Part shown: positions 36,464-46,447 of the stretch, piece by piece | Layout: each line of letters starts with the position of its first letter | Numbering within the stretch: the first letter of the stretch is position 1 | NCBI GenBank assembly: GCA_001793235.1 | Contig: MGHM01000017.1 | Span: forward strand, 2,971-66,970 | DNA from: Candidatus Woesebacteria bacterium RIFCSPLOWO2_01_FULL_44_24b | Lineage (GTDB): Bacteria > Patescibacteriota > Microgenomatia > UBA8517 | Length of the DNA stretch: 64,000 nucleotides | Reading direction: 5' to 3' | Notes under the pieces: model-generated | What the model saw: the letters and a program-made list of their open reading frames with translations, nothing else | Database searches by the model: none | Told to the model about the DNA's origin: nothing | Made by a program: the position numbers and the translations under genes

Positions 36464-38872
36464 AGCTATAAATGCCGGGGCGTGAGGCAGTTGCTCGTCA
36501 GTGCGCTCCATGAGTGGCCAGCGGGTGAGGGCTACTTTTAGAACATCCTCTAACGCTTCTGCAAAGACGAATTTTATGCCAGCTCGTACATTGGCCGGGA
36601 TATCTTCCATATCTTTCTTGTTATCCCTTGGCAAAATGATGGTCTTGAGGCCCGCCACGTGCCCGGCCACCACTTTTTCCTTTACCCCGCCAATCTCAAG
36701 AACCCGCCCGCGAAGCGTCACTTCTCCGGTCATTCCCACGTCACGGCGAGTTGCAACTCCCGTGAGAGCCGAAACCAGAGCAGTGGAGATGGCTACACCT
36801 GCTGACGGGCCATCTTTCGGAGTGGCTCCTTCGGGAACGTGAATGTGCACATCCATTTTACTGCTAAAATTGCCGCGCAGCCCCAAGTCCCGCCAGTGCG
36901 CTTTAGTCCAGGTAAACGCAGCCTTGGCAGACTCTTTCATAACACTCCCAAGCTGCCCCGTTAAAGTGAGCTTGCCGGTGCCCGGCATGAGAGCTACTTC
37001 AATAAATAATATCTCGCCACCCGCACTGGTTACGGCCAGCCCGGTGGCCATGCCGGCTTCATCGTTTTTCTCGGCAATCTGAGACCTGAACTTTGCCGGC
37101 CCAAGAAACTTGCGCACTTCATCTTTACCCAAAAGCGTGGGGTACTTTTTCTTCTCAGCAACCAGACGCGCGATTTTCCTGTCAAGTGTAGCAAGGCTCC
37201 TCTCAAGCTCACGGATTCCGGCCTCCCTGGTGTAGTGCTTGATAATTTCCTTTACTGCGCTATCCGTTACCTTAATGCCTTTCCCGGTGAGACCGTTTAG
37301 GCGAATTTGCTTGGGCCAGAGATATTTTTTAGAAATATGAAATTTCTCATCGTCGATGTAGCCAGCAAAGCGGATTATTTCCATTCGGTCGCGCAAGGGA
37401 AGAGGAATGGTGTCGAGGACATTGGCCGTGCAAATAAACATAACCTCCGAGAGGTCAAAAGGCACTTCAAGATAATGGTCCGAAAACTCTTTATTCTGCT
37501 CAGGGTCGAGAATCTCCAGAAGTGCCGAGGCCGGGTCCCCTCGGTAATCCGCTCCAAGTTTGTCAACTTCATCAAGCATAAACACCGGATTTTTGGTGCC
37601 AGCATCTCTGATGCTTTGAATGATTCTGCCAGGCATTGCCCCGACATAAGTTCTCCTGTGGCCCCGAAGTTCGGCCTCGTCTCTGATGCCCCCCAAAGAA
37701 ACTCTCACAAATTCACGATCAAGAGCTTTTGCGATTGATTTGCCTATCGAGGTTTTACCCACACCGGGTGGCCCCACAAAACATAAAATTGTGGGGTGCG
37801 AACCGTTGTCTTTAGACTTTTCCTGCCCGTTTTTCAGGGTAAGCACGGATAAATACTCCAAAATCCGCTCTTTCGGTTTTTCAAGGCCGTAATGGTCCTC
37901 TTCCAAAACTTCGTTGGCTTTTTCAATAGACACCGATGATTCTGAAGTTTTGCTCCAGGGCATCTCGGCCAACCAATCCAGGTAATTTCTAATGTAACCC
38001 CCTTCGGGATTGTGGGGAGACATGTTCCTCAAGCGTTTAAGCTCTTTTCTGGCTTTAACAAGAACCGCCTTGGGCATTCCAGCCTTTTTTATTTTTTCCC
38101 GCAGCTCTTTTATGTCATCGTCGCCGCCATCTTCCAACCCTTCCTCGCCAAGTTCCTCCTCGATGGTTTTTTTCTTTTCTCTAAGCATGGCGCGCCTCAT
38201 CTGATCCTCAAAGCGCCTTTGAGTTTTGACCGAAATCGTCCGCTCCAAATCCAGCACGTTAATTTCTTGAGACAGATAATCAATTACTTTTGTGAGCCTG
38301 TCGCGTACGGAGAGCATCTCCAAAAGCTCCTGCTTATCGCGGGTTTTAAGCTCTAAGAGCGATGCAGCCGAGTCAACAAGTTCAATCGGGTCGGTTTGCT
38401 GGGACAGGACCCGCATGATGGTCGTGACCTCTACACCTTTACCCATATTTATAGCCTTTTTAAATAGCTCCGAGAGCTTTCCGGCCAAGGCTTTGACTTC
38501 TTCCCCTTCATAATCTTCCTCAAGAACTTCAGTGACCGAACCTGTCATGTATGGCTCCTCGGAAGTAACTTCCCCGAGGCGGACTCGAGTTTGGCCCCTA
38601 ACCATTGCATGAATTTCCCCCTCGGTTGTCATCATCTGGGTAATGGTCGCCAAAGTCCCAATTTTATAGAGGTCGTGAGGGGCGGGGTCTACTATTTTGT
38701 CACTTTTTTGGGCGAAAACTGCAACCACGCGGTCGGACTGAAATGCTGCGCTTACTGAAGCTACTGATTTTGGTCTGCCGAAAGAAAGGATCGAGTCAGT
38801 ATGGGGAAAAATCGTAGTCCCCCGGATGGCTACAATCGGCACCGTCCGTGTTACTTTAATAATATCGTCCAT
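36455..38872 (-). CDS. lon: ATP-dependent Lon protease (LonA)
   Basis: N-terminal LON domain, AAA+ GPPGVGKTS, C-terminal proteolytic PKDGPSAGVAISTALVSALTG (Ser) with downstream Lys; 805 aa. Confidence 0.9.
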   Translation of the reverse strand: MDDIIKVTRTVPIVAIRGTTIFPHTDSILSFGRPKSVASVSAAFQSDRVVAVFAQKSDKIVDPAPHDLYKIGTLATITQMMTTEGEIHAMVRGQTRVRLGEVTSEEPYMTGSVTEVLEEDYEGEEVKALAGKLSELFKKAINMGKGVEVTTIMRVLSQQTDPIELVDSAASLLELKTRDKQELLEMLSVRDRLTKVIDYLSQEINVLDLERTISVKTQRRFEDQMRRAMLREKKKTIEEELGEEGLEDGGDDDIKELREKIKKAGMPKAVLVKARKELKRLRNMSPHNPEGGYIRNYLDWLAEMPWSKTSESSVSIEKANEVLEEDHYGLEKPKERILEYLSVLTLKNGQEKSKDNGSHPTILCFVGPPGVGKTSIGKSIAKALDREFVRVSLGGIRDEAELRGHRRTYVGAMPGRIIQSIRDAGTKNPVFMLDEVDKLGADYRGDPASALLEILDPEQNKEFSDHYLEVPFDLSEVMFICTANVLDTIPLPLRDRMEIIRFAGYIDDEKFHISKKYLWPKQIRLNGLTGKGIKVTDSAVKEIIKHYTREAGIRELERSLATLDRKIARLVAEKKKYPTLLGKDEVRKFLGPAKFRSQIAEKNDEAGMATGLAVTSAGGEILFIEVALMPGTGKLTLTGQLGSVMKESAKAAFTWTKAHWRDLGLRGNFSSKMDVHIHVPEGATPKDGPSAGVAISTALVSALTGVATRRDVGMTGEVTLRGRVLEIGGVKEKVVAGHVAGLKTIILPRDNKKDMEDIPANVRAGIKFVFAEALEDVLKVALTRWPLMERTDEQLPHAPAFIASA

Positions 38873-38918
38873 ATTTTATTATATAACTCTAGCAGAGTAG
38901 CATTCTGAGTGCCAGCTG

Positions 38919-39377
38919 TCAAGCCTTTTTTCTGAACTTAATGTGTATTTTGTTAAATATCAGACTTGTTAGAACTCCAATCAAGACCCCAAGTGCGATA
39001 TCAAGCGGATAATGAACGTTAGCCAAAACACGCCCAACGCCAAGTAGCGCCGCGACTGTAAAAAGAAGCACTCCTATGCTTTTTTGATGGAGCGTGACAC
39101 TCGTGGCAAGGCTAAAAGCAACCGCGGCATGGACCGAGGGGAGACTCGAAAACTCCGAAAGCCCGGCACTGGGGTACCCCCCATACATATATGGGCGGGG
39201 AACCAAAAAAAGCTCCTTTAATATTAAGGAAAAAACGAAAGCAGAGAGGGCCGAAAACAAGGCATGCCATGCAAGTTCTTTTCTGCGTGCAATGTAGCGC
39301 TCATAAATAAATACAAAAACCACCAAAAGTATCACTCCATGGGTGTTCAGAAAAACAATAAAGGGGGACTCAATCAT
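38919..39377 (-). CDS. PAP2-family lipid phosphatase (membrane)
   Basis: LPSVHAAVAFSLA (PAP2 motif 2-like SxH) and RxxxxP-like segments; polytopic membrane protein. Confidence 0.55.
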   Translation of the reverse strand: MIESPFIVFLNTHGVILLVVFVFIYERYIARRKELAWHALFSALSAFVFSLILKELFLVPRPYMYGGYPSAGLSEFSSLPSVHAAVAFSLATSVTLHQKSIGVLLFTVAALLGVGRVLANVHYPLDIALGVLIGVLTSLIFNKIHIKFRKKA

Positions 39378-40038
39378 GTATTATTATCCTGGTTCCCGGG
39401 TTTTCGGCACTGGCAAACACCGTATTTTTATCCGAGGGGAGCGCCGGGGCCACCCAATAGTAGAGCTTCTCGGCAACCGAAGTGGGAAGGTTCACACAGC
39501 CATGGCTTCGGGGAGTGCCGAAATCGTTGTGCCAATATGTGCCGTGGAGGCCATAGCCCCGCCAGCCGGGGACGTTTTCATTCTCAAAATACATTACATA
39601 AGGCACATTTGGCAGGTAATAGTAATATCTGCCCTCTCCGCCTTCCATTTTACTTGCCCTGAGTTTCACCCAAACACGAAACTCACCTGTGGGAGTTGGG
39701 GTACCCGGAAGCCCACTCGAAACCGCGGTTTCGAGAAACATGCTTCCCCCGTCCCAAGCGCGAAGTTTTTGCTCAGACAAGTCAACCTCAATCCAGCGAT
39801 CGTTGGGCGAGGCGGCAGCGAGAACTTGCGTACCCGTCCGGGCATATGCAATCTGCGGAGCAATCAAGGAGTTACCCTCAAATATGGCAGATATATCCTC
39901 CTGAGCAATCCCGGACAAGTTTTCTGCCACACAGCCCAAAACAGGGCTCGCTTCCTTCGCACTTCTAAACAAAACCCCGGTGCCAAACAAGACCACCAAA
40001 GGCACAGCCAACAGGAAAACTTTGAGTCTTGTGCTCAC
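39370..40038 (-). CDS. L,D-transpeptidase (YkuD domain) paralog
   Basis: YGLHGTYWHNDFGTPRSHGCVNLPTSVAEKLYYW; N-terminal TM/signal. Confidence 0.7.
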   Translation of the reverse strand: MSTRLKVFLLAVPLVVLFGTGVLFRSAKEASPVLGCVAENLSGIAQEDISAIFEGNSLIAPQIAYARTGTQVLAAASPNDRWIEVDLSEQKLRAWDGGSMFLETAVSSGLPGTPTPTGEFRVWVKLRASKMEGGEGRYYYYLPNVPYVMYFENENVPGWRGYGLHGTYWHNDFGTPRSHGCVNLPTSVAEKLYYWVAPALPSDKNTVFASAENPGTRIIIHD

Positions 40039-40086
40039 ACTTCATAGTATCAGAAAGTGTTACCTGAAGTGTATACTTAAAACCAG

Positions 40087-40461
40087 ATGAGCCGTTTTCA
40101 CTCAACCGCAAGAAGCTTCGGCTATGCCTTCACCGGCATCAAGACCGCCTTTAAGCAAGAACCAAATTTTCAAGCTCACATCTTAATTGCGGTTTTGGTA
40201 ATTAGCGCGGGCGTATTTAGCGGACTATCAACCTCGGATTGGCTGCTTCTTTTATATGCAATCTTTTTTGTGCTTATTTTAGAGCTTTTCAATACCTCAA
40301 TTGAAGCGATAGTAAACCTGGTCAGCCCGGATATTCACCCCAAGGCGAAAATTGCCAAAGACGTGGCTGCGGCAGCGGTACTCTTGGCCGCGATTCAAGC
40401 AATTATAATAGGTGCCGTGATATTTACAGGAAAAGTAGTGTTATTACTCCAACAACTATAA
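40087..40461 (+). CDS. dgkA: Diacylglycerol/undecaprenol kinase, prokaryotic DgkA family
   Basis: ILELFNTSIEAIVNLVSPDIHPKAKIAKDVAAAAVLLAAI (DgkA signature); 124 aa, 3 TM. Confidence 0.75.
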   Translation: MSRFHSTARSFGYAFTGIKTAFKQEPNFQAHILIAVLVISAGVFSGLSTSDWLLLLYAIFFVLILELFNTSIEAIVNLVSPDIHPKAKIAKDVAAAAVLLAAIQAIIIGAVIFTGKVVLLLQQL

Positions 40462-41164
40462 GGTAGTAGCCGAAGACCTTGAATTTGTTTTGCATGAGCA
40501 TTGAAAGAAGAAAGTGGATGGCAATAATGCCAGAGATAAAGGCGGCAATTAAGCCGACTAACCCAAGAAGCGGTGAAAAGTCCCCATTCCCGCCATGGCT
40601 AATAAACTCAACAACATTGGCCCCAATTATGGCCGGAATTGAAATGAGGAAAGAAAATTCGGCGGCCTTTTTTTTGTCCAAATTCATTCTGGTTCCCGCG
40701 TAAATCGTCGCCCCGGAGCGACTAATTGCGGGAATAATTGCTATTGCCTGAAAGACTCCGATAATGAGGGCATCCCAAAAATCAATATGTTCCTTTTTGC
40801 CATTATATTTATCCACTTTAAAATTCATGTATGCCGAGATCAGGAAAGTAATTCCGACCAGCTTGATGAGAGAAAACAGCGCCTCGAGCTGTTCACGTAA
40901 AAGCACCCCGGCCAACGCCGCAGGGATAGTTGCAACTACAATAAGCTTTATCTCCTGAAAAGAAATTTTTAGAATTCTATCTCGCAAATACCAAATCACA
41001 GCCAAGGTTGTGCCAATGTGAAGGATTGCCTCAAACAAGACCCCGGGTTGTTCGAATTTGAGGTATTCGCTCGCAAGCACCAAATGCCCAGAAGAGCTTA
41101 CCGGTAAAAACTCAGTAAGCCCTTGAACTATTCCCAGGATTATGGCGTAAATATATTCCATCAA
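40424..41164 (-). CDS. uppP: Undecaprenyl-diphosphatase UppP/BacA
   Basis: N-terminal ILGIVQGLTEFLPVSSSGHLVL is the UppP signature. Confidence 0.85.
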   Translation of the reverse strand: MMEYIYAIILGIVQGLTEFLPVSSSGHLVLASEYLKFEQPGVLFEAILHIGTTLAVIWYLRDRILKISFQEIKLIVVATIPAALAGVLLREQLEALFSLIKLVGITFLISAYMNFKVDKYNGKKEHIDFWDALIIGVFQAIAIIPAISRSGATIYAGTRMNLDKKKAAEFSFLISIPAIIGANVVEFISHGGNGDFSPLLGLVGLIAAFISGIIAIHFLLSMLMQNKFKVFGYYLIVVGVITLLFL

Positions 41165-41802
41165 GGTTTGATATCGTTTATTTCGACAGCATCTTTAATA
41201 TCATATTTTCCAATTTTAGTTCTTCTCAGTTCCTTCAGATAAGCCCCTGTGCCAAGCTCTGTTCCAATGTCGCGAGCAAGAGCTCGTATGTACGTCCCCG
41301 ATGAAACTTCACACTTTATTTTGAGTACTGGGTAGTTATAGTCTAGCAGTTTGAGAGTGTAAACAATAACCTTTCTTGGCGCCAATTCAAAAGTTTTACC
41401 TTGGCGGGCAAGCTCATAAGCCTTTCTGCCCTTAAGCTTTATTGCCGAATAAGCCGGTGGGGTTTGCATCTGCTCGCCAACAAAACTCTCCAAAGTTTTC
41501 TTAATCTCTTCATAACTTAATCTCTTGTCATCTTGTTTTGTTATCTCCCCTTCAGAGTCGTCCGTTGTAGAGTTAGCTCCAAGTATAATCTCCGCCTCGT
41601 AAGTCTTTTTTGTATTTTTAGTCAAGTCCCCAAGTTTTTTGGTTGCCTCTCTCCCAACACCAACTATTAATAAGCCGGTAGCGTTTGGGTCCAGGGTCCC
41701 CGCATGCCCCACTCGCCTCTCACCCGTAATTTTCCGAACAACGTCCACCACATCGTGGCTGGTCATCCCTTTTGGTTTATTGACTAAAATTAGGCTATCC
41801 AT
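41161..41802 (-). CDS. truB: tRNA pseudouridine(55) synthase TruB
   Basis: LVNKPKGMTSHDVVDVVRKITGERRVGHAGTLDPNATGLLIVGVG (catalytic Asp in GTLDP). Confidence 0.85.
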   Translation of the reverse strand: MDSLILVNKPKGMTSHDVVDVVRKITGERRVGHAGTLDPNATGLLIVGVGREATKKLGDLTKNTKKTYEAEIILGANSTTDDSEGEITKQDDKRLSYEEIKKTLESFVGEQMQTPPAYSAIKLKGRKAYELARQGKTFELAPRKVIVYTLKLLDYNYPVLKIKCEVSSGTYIRALARDIGTELGTGAYLKELRRTKIGKYDIKDAVEINDIKP

Positions 41803-41816
41803 GCTAATATATTAGT

Positions 41817-42212
41817 ATGGACTCAACCGAAATTATACTCCAGGCCTTGGACAGCATGATTTTACAGTTTGCTTCGCTTCTTCCCAAGCTCATAGTGGCG
41901 CTTCTTATTTGGTATGTGGGCAAATACTTGCTCGGGCTGGCTCTCGTCTTCGTCAAGAAAATTGACCTTAAGAAAACCCAAGTTGATGAGGAAGCTATGG
42001 GGATGATAACAACTCTGGTAGACATCATCGGCAGAGTTGTTTTGGCTTTGGTTGTTCTGGATTACCTGGGAATTGGCCGCACAATAATAGGGGCGCTCAC
42101 GCAGGGAGTGACTTTTGCAATTGCAATTGCGCTGGGTTTGGCATTCGGTAAGGCACTCGAAGACGACGCTAGAAAGGTAGTTGAAAGTGTTAAGAGGTTA
42201 TTTAAGGAGTAG
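41817..42212 (+). CDS. Small membrane protein, hypothetical (131 aa)
   Basis: Three predicted TM helices; no family recognised. Confidence 0.4.
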   Translation: MDSTEIILQALDSMILQFASLLPKLIVALLIWYVGKYLLGLALVFVKKIDLKKTQVDEEAMGMITTLVDIIGRVVLALVVLDYLGIGRTIIGALTQGVTFAIAIALGLAFGKALEDDARKVVESVKRLFKE

Positions 42213-42803
42213 TTTGTTTGCTTCTTCCCAATTAACTACATTCCAAAAGGCTTCAATATACTCAACTCTTCGGTTCTGGTACTTGAGATAATATGCGTGT
42301 TCCCAAACGTCCAGTCCTAAGATTGGCATATTTCCTTGCATTAGCGGAGAGTTTTGAAATGAGTGTCTTTTTAGCTGTAACTTGCCGTCTGGAGTTTTAA
42401 TCAAAAATGCCCAGCCGCTGCCGAAAACAGCCATGGCCTTATTCGAAAATTCCTCACGGAATTTTTGGAAGTCGCCAAAAGTCTTATTAATGGCATCGGC
42501 TAGCTCGCCTTTCGGCTTGCCTCCACCTTTGGGAGACATAATAGTCCAGAAAAAAGAATGGTTGGCATGGCCCCCACCGTGATTAATTACGACTTGACGA
42601 ATATCTTCAGGGACATCGTGAATATTTTTCAATAACTCTTCTATAGATTTTTTTTGGAGTTCGGGGTACTTCTCCAAAGCCTTATTCAGGTTATCAACAT
42701 AGGCCTGGTGGTGCTTTTCGTGGTGCAGGTGCATTGTAGCCTCATCAATATAAGGCTCCAGGGCATCATAAGAATAAGAAAGTTTTGGTAACTGGAAACT
42801 CAC
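42198..42803 (-). CDS. sodA: Fe/Mn superoxide dismutase
   Basis: LPKLSYSYDALEPYIDEATMHLHHEKHHQAYVDNLN...DVWEHAYYL. Confidence 0.9.
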   Translation of the reverse strand: MSFQLPKLSYSYDALEPYIDEATMHLHHEKHHQAYVDNLNKALEKYPELQKKSIEELLKNIHDVPEDIRQVVINHGGGHANHSFFWTIMSPKGGGKPKGELADAINKTFGDFQKFREEFSNKAMAVFGSGWAFLIKTPDGKLQLKRHSFQNSPLMQGNMPILGLDVWEHAYYLKYQNRRVEYIEAFWNVVNWEEANKLLLK

Positions 42804-42821
42804 AAGTATAATTATAGCGTA

Positions 42822-44492
42822 GTGGTCAAACTAATAATAACGCTGCTTGTGACAAGTGCCCTTATACTTGGAGTGGCTACAAACACTTTTGCCCAGGAGC
42901 CAAACAACAAGTTCGGCATTCATATTATCGCCGAGAATGACTTGCCTGAAGCTGCTGCTTTGGTCAATAGTAGCGGCGGCCAGTGGGGTTATGTGACTTT
43001 GGTCATTCGCGAGGACGAGCGCGATGCCGTGCGCTGGCAGCGAGTGTTTGACCAAATGCGCCGCTTAAAACTCATTCCAATAGTTCGCGTTGCAACCAGG
43101 ATGAATAATTCGCATTGGGAGAAACCTGTGGCAGAGGAAGCAGTAAACTGGGCGGGTTTCCTAAACTCGCTCAACTGGCCGGTCAAAACCCGCTATGTAG
43201 TTTTGTTCAACGAGCCAAACCACGCCAAAGAATGGGGTGGTAGTATTGACCCCGCTGCTTTTGCCGAAATCACAAAAACTTACTATGACACTTTCAAAAA
43301 CTTCTCCAAAGACTTTTTTATTATGCCGGGCGGCTTAGACCTAGCAGCCACAAATTCCGAAAGTACCATGGAGGCCTCGCGTTTCTTTGATGCAATGCAC
43401 ACGGCCGATAACTTCATATTTACCCTCTTTGACGGGCTCGCCTCGCATTCCTACCCAAACCCGGGCTTTTCGGGCTCGCCAACCGACTCCGGCAAAACAA
43501 GTATTAAAGGCTATAAGTGGGAAATAAATTATCTAAAAGACTTTGGCATGCGGGAGGACATTCCGGTTTTTATCACCGAAACGGGCTGGGTGAAAAGTGC
43601 CGGAAACCTGGAAGAAAATTATGAACGTGCATTTAAAGAGACCTGGAGTGACCCGCAAATTGTCGCGGTCACACCGTTTTTGTTGAGTTACCTGGCAACG
43701 CCCTTTGATACTTTTTCCTGGAAAAATCCGGAGACCCGGGAATTTTACCCCCAATACTATTCGGTGCAAAGCATTACCAAGGAAAAAGGCGCGCCAGTCC
43801 AGACGCATTCTTTTGAATTTCAGAGCCATAACATTGCCGATACCCTGATAAGCGACTCTGAATACTCATTTTCAATAAACCTCAAAAATACGGGCCAATC
43901 AATTTGGAGTGCTGAAGATGATTTCTTCGTTCACATTGAGGGCACCATGGATAATAAAAATATGGTTGTTGGCAAAGTTCCGACAACCGAGCCCGGGGCC
44001 CTGGCTGAAATACCAATTAGACTTGTGACTTCGGAGCCAAGGGGGATTCACTCAATTAGCCTTTCTTTTTTCAAAGACGGCAATAAAATCGGCGACACCA
44101 CAACCACCAAATTCACTCTCATCTCTCCGCCCTCGATAAATATCTTTGCCAGGTTTTTGTTCGACGATACCCACGACATCTCAGTTGAAATGTACGATGG
44201 AATGACCAGGGTGACTAAATTCCAGAATTTATCTTTCATAGACGGAGTGCTTTCAATCGAGCAAATAAAAGGTGTTATACCAAACCGCGATTACCGGTTT
44301 GTGCTGACAAAGCCTTTTTACCTTTCAAAAAGCCGCGAGGCAAAGCTTCTGGTGGGAACGACCAACATACACTTTGGGATTTTACTTCCCCTGGATGTGA
44401 GCCCTGACGGCGAGCTGAACCTCAAAGATTTGGCCGCATTCTCCGTAAATCCATTTAATGCTATTATGAATATAATTGCTCATGGCCCTTAA
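42822..44492 (+). CDS. Secreted protein with GH-A-clan (GH5-like) TIM-barrel glycoside-hydrolase signature and C-terminal beta-sandwich region
   Basis: Signal peptide; VVLFNEPNHAKEW (NEP acid/base) and PVFITETGW (nucleophile Glu) about 130 aa apart, the spacing seen in clan GH-A. Confidence 0.45.
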   Translation: MVKLIITLLVTSALILGVATNTFAQEPNNKFGIHIIAENDLPEAAALVNSSGGQWGYVTLVIREDERDAVRWQRVFDQMRRLKLIPIVRVATRMNNSHWEKPVAEEAVNWAGFLNSLNWPVKTRYVVLFNEPNHAKEWGGSIDPAAFAEITKTYYDTFKNFSKDFFIMPGGLDLAATNSESTMEASRFFDAMHTADNFIFTLFDGLASHSYPNPGFSGSPTDSGKTSIKGYKWEINYLKDFGMREDIPVFITETGWVKSAGNLEENYERAFKETWSDPQIVAVTPFLLSYLATPFDTFSWKNPETREFYPQYYSVQSITKEKGAPVQTHSFEFQSHNIADTLISDSEYSFSINLKNTGQSIWSAEDDFFVHIEGTMDNKNMVVGKVPTTEPGALAEIPIRLVTSEPRGIHSISLSFFKDGNKIGDTTTTKFTLISPPSINIFARFLFDDTHDISVEMYDGMTRVTKFQNLSFIDGVLSIEQIKGVIPNRDYRFVLTKPFYLSKSREAKLLVGTTNIHFGILLPLDVSPDGELNLKDLAAFSVNPFNAIMNIIAHGP

Positions 44493-45681
44493 GCTAAAAA
44501 TTAAAAGGCCCAAACCACTTCTACTAATTGCCGGGGTTGCTCTCTTCGCACTAATCTCTTATTTAGCCGTAAACTTTAGCCAAACCAGAAACCAGATATC
44601 CATGCTTCAGGTGCTTTCTATGGAGCTTGGTGCGGAAAATGAAGAGCTTAAAAAACAGCTTGCCGAAAACCTCATGAAATTGTCTGAGCTTGAGCAGGAA
44701 GATCAATATCAAATCAATCTGGAGTTGAAAAAGAAAATCGCAAGCATTGAGAGCACTTATAAAGAGGCAGTTAACACTTACGAAGAGTTATTGAAATTAA
44801 AAGAAAATACAAATAATACATCTGTCTTTGATGATCAATTCACTGAGGCGATAGTTTCTCTGGCTGCCCAGAACTATGAAGAGGCGGACAAGTCCTTGAC
44901 GGAGTTGTCCGTTAAAATCGCGGCGGAACAGCAAAAAGTTGTTGCCAGCTTCACAATTCCCTCTTCCGTTCCGGTAAGTAATGCCCCACCGGGCTCGGGT
45001 TATTCCAGGCAAACCGTTAATACCGACATCGGCCAGTATTTGGTAAGCATGGTCGCGGGGGAGCTTGGCAGTACTCGAGTGATAGTTGACACCGCGTCGG
45101 CAAGTACTTGCACAAACGACTGCCCCACCTTGCCTCTGGCTACTTATGTTGCGCGTACTGGAGCTTATGCCGGGATAAACGGCAGCTACTTCTGCCCCGC
45201 GGAATACCCCAGCTGTGCGGGCAAAACAAACAGCTTTGATACTCTTTTGATGAACAAAGATAAAACCTATTTCAATTCGGACAATAATGTTTATAGCGGT
45301 GTGCCGGCGGTTATTTTTGGCGGAGGCTATATCCGCTTTGTCGGGGCGTCCTCAGACTGGGGCCGCGATACCGGCATTGACAGTATGATTGCAAACCAAC
45401 CGCTTTTGGTCTCGGGCGGGAATGTGGTTTTTGGTGGCGATGGAGACCCTAAAAAAGGCAGTAAAGGTGGGAGAAGCTTTGTAGCAAACAAAGGCAACAC
45501 CGTTTACATTGGCGTGGTACATAGCGCAACAGTTGCGGAAAGTGCGGTAGCTCTCAAAGCCCTGGGAATGGAGAATGCGTTAAACCTTGATGACGGCGGC
45601 TCAACAGCGCTTTGGTCAGGTGGCTACAAAGTCGGTCCCGGAAGAAACCTGCCAAATGTTATTTTGTTTATGGGGAAATAG
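44476..45681 (+). CDS. Membrane-anchored coiled-coil protein with C-terminal phosphodiester-glycosidase (NAGPA-like, DUF2233) domain
   Basis: C-terminal ...GAYAGINGSYF...ALNLDDGGSTALW is the signature LDGGGS motif of the phosphodiester glycosidase family; overlaps the previous gene. Confidence 0.55.
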   Translation: MLMALKLKIKRPKPLLLIAGVALFALISYLAVNFSQTRNQISMLQVLSMELGAENEELKKQLAENLMKLSELEQEDQYQINLELKKKIASIESTYKEAVNTYEELLKLKENTNNTSVFDDQFTEAIVSLAAQNYEEADKSLTELSVKIAAEQQKVVASFTIPSSVPVSNAPPGSGYSRQTVNTDIGQYLVSMVAGELGSTRVIVDTASASTCTNDCPTLPLATYVARTGAYAGINGSYFCPAEYPSCAGKTNSFDTLLMNKDKTYFNSDNNVYSGVPAVIFGGGYIRFVGASSDWGRDTGIDSMIANQPLLVSGGNVVFGGDGDPKKGSKGGRSFVANKGNTVYIGVVHSATVAESAVALKALGMENALNLDDGGSTALWSGGYKVGPGRNLPNVILFMGK

Positions 45682-45731
45682 TCAATTCTTCTTGACTAGA
45701 TTTTAATGGTTTTACACTTTAGAATGCAACA

Positions 45732-46442
45732 ATGAAACAACTTCATGAGATTCAGTTGCAAATTTTAAAGAAACTGCTCTTTGCTAACGGTTTAAAGTTC
45801 TCAGAACTAAAACCCGATAACGAGATGGAAAATAATCAATTCACCTTTCATCTAGATCAGATGATTGCTATGGGGCACATTGCAAAAACCGAACATAAGT
45901 ACTTCTTAACCCAAAAGGGTAAAGAGTTTGCAAATCGCATGGATACGAATAAAACAGCAATTCCATTGCAAGCCAAGATTAGTGTGATAATTATTCCAAT
46001 GAAAGGCAAGCCAAAAAATCGCGTGTTTCTGATTTATACAAGGCTTAAACAGCCTTTTTATGGCTGTCAAGGTTTTATGTCCGGCAAAGTTAATTTTGGG
46101 GAAAAGGTTATCGACGCTGCCAAGCGGGAGTTCAAAGAAGAAACCAACTTAGATGGCAGGGCTCAAATTGTGGCATTAAAGCACTACAGAGTATTTGATA
46201 AAAAAACAAAAGAACTTCTGGAGGACAAATTCATGTTTTACTGCAAAGTTGAAAATCCGCGTGGAGATTTAGTTCCGGCTGATGAAGGCAAGTATGGCTG
46301 GGTGAACAGAAAAGACTTAAAAAAATATGTTACCAATCATTTTGAAAGTTTTGATGTTCTATTAGAAGATATAAAACTGGCAGAATCCTTTGATGGGCAT
46401 GTTAAGTTTATTGAAATTGATCACTTTAGCATTAAATTTTAG
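45732..46442 (+). CDS. NUDIX hydrolase with N-terminal winged-helix domain
   Basis: Nudix box GKVNFGEKVIDAAKREFKEETNL (Gx5Ex7REUxEExGU). Confidence 0.7.
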   Translation: MKQLHEIQLQILKKLLFANGLKFSELKPDNEMENNQFTFHLDQMIAMGHIAKTEHKYFLTQKGKEFANRMDTNKTAIPLQAKISVIIIPMKGKPKNRVFLIYTRLKQPFYGCQGFMSGKVNFGEKVIDAAKREFKEETNLDGRAQIVALKHYRVFDKKTKELLEDKFMFYCKVENPRGDLVPADEGKYGWVNRKDLKKYVTNHFESFDVLLEDIKLAESFDGHVKFIEIDHFSIKF

Positions 46443-46447
46443 AAGTA

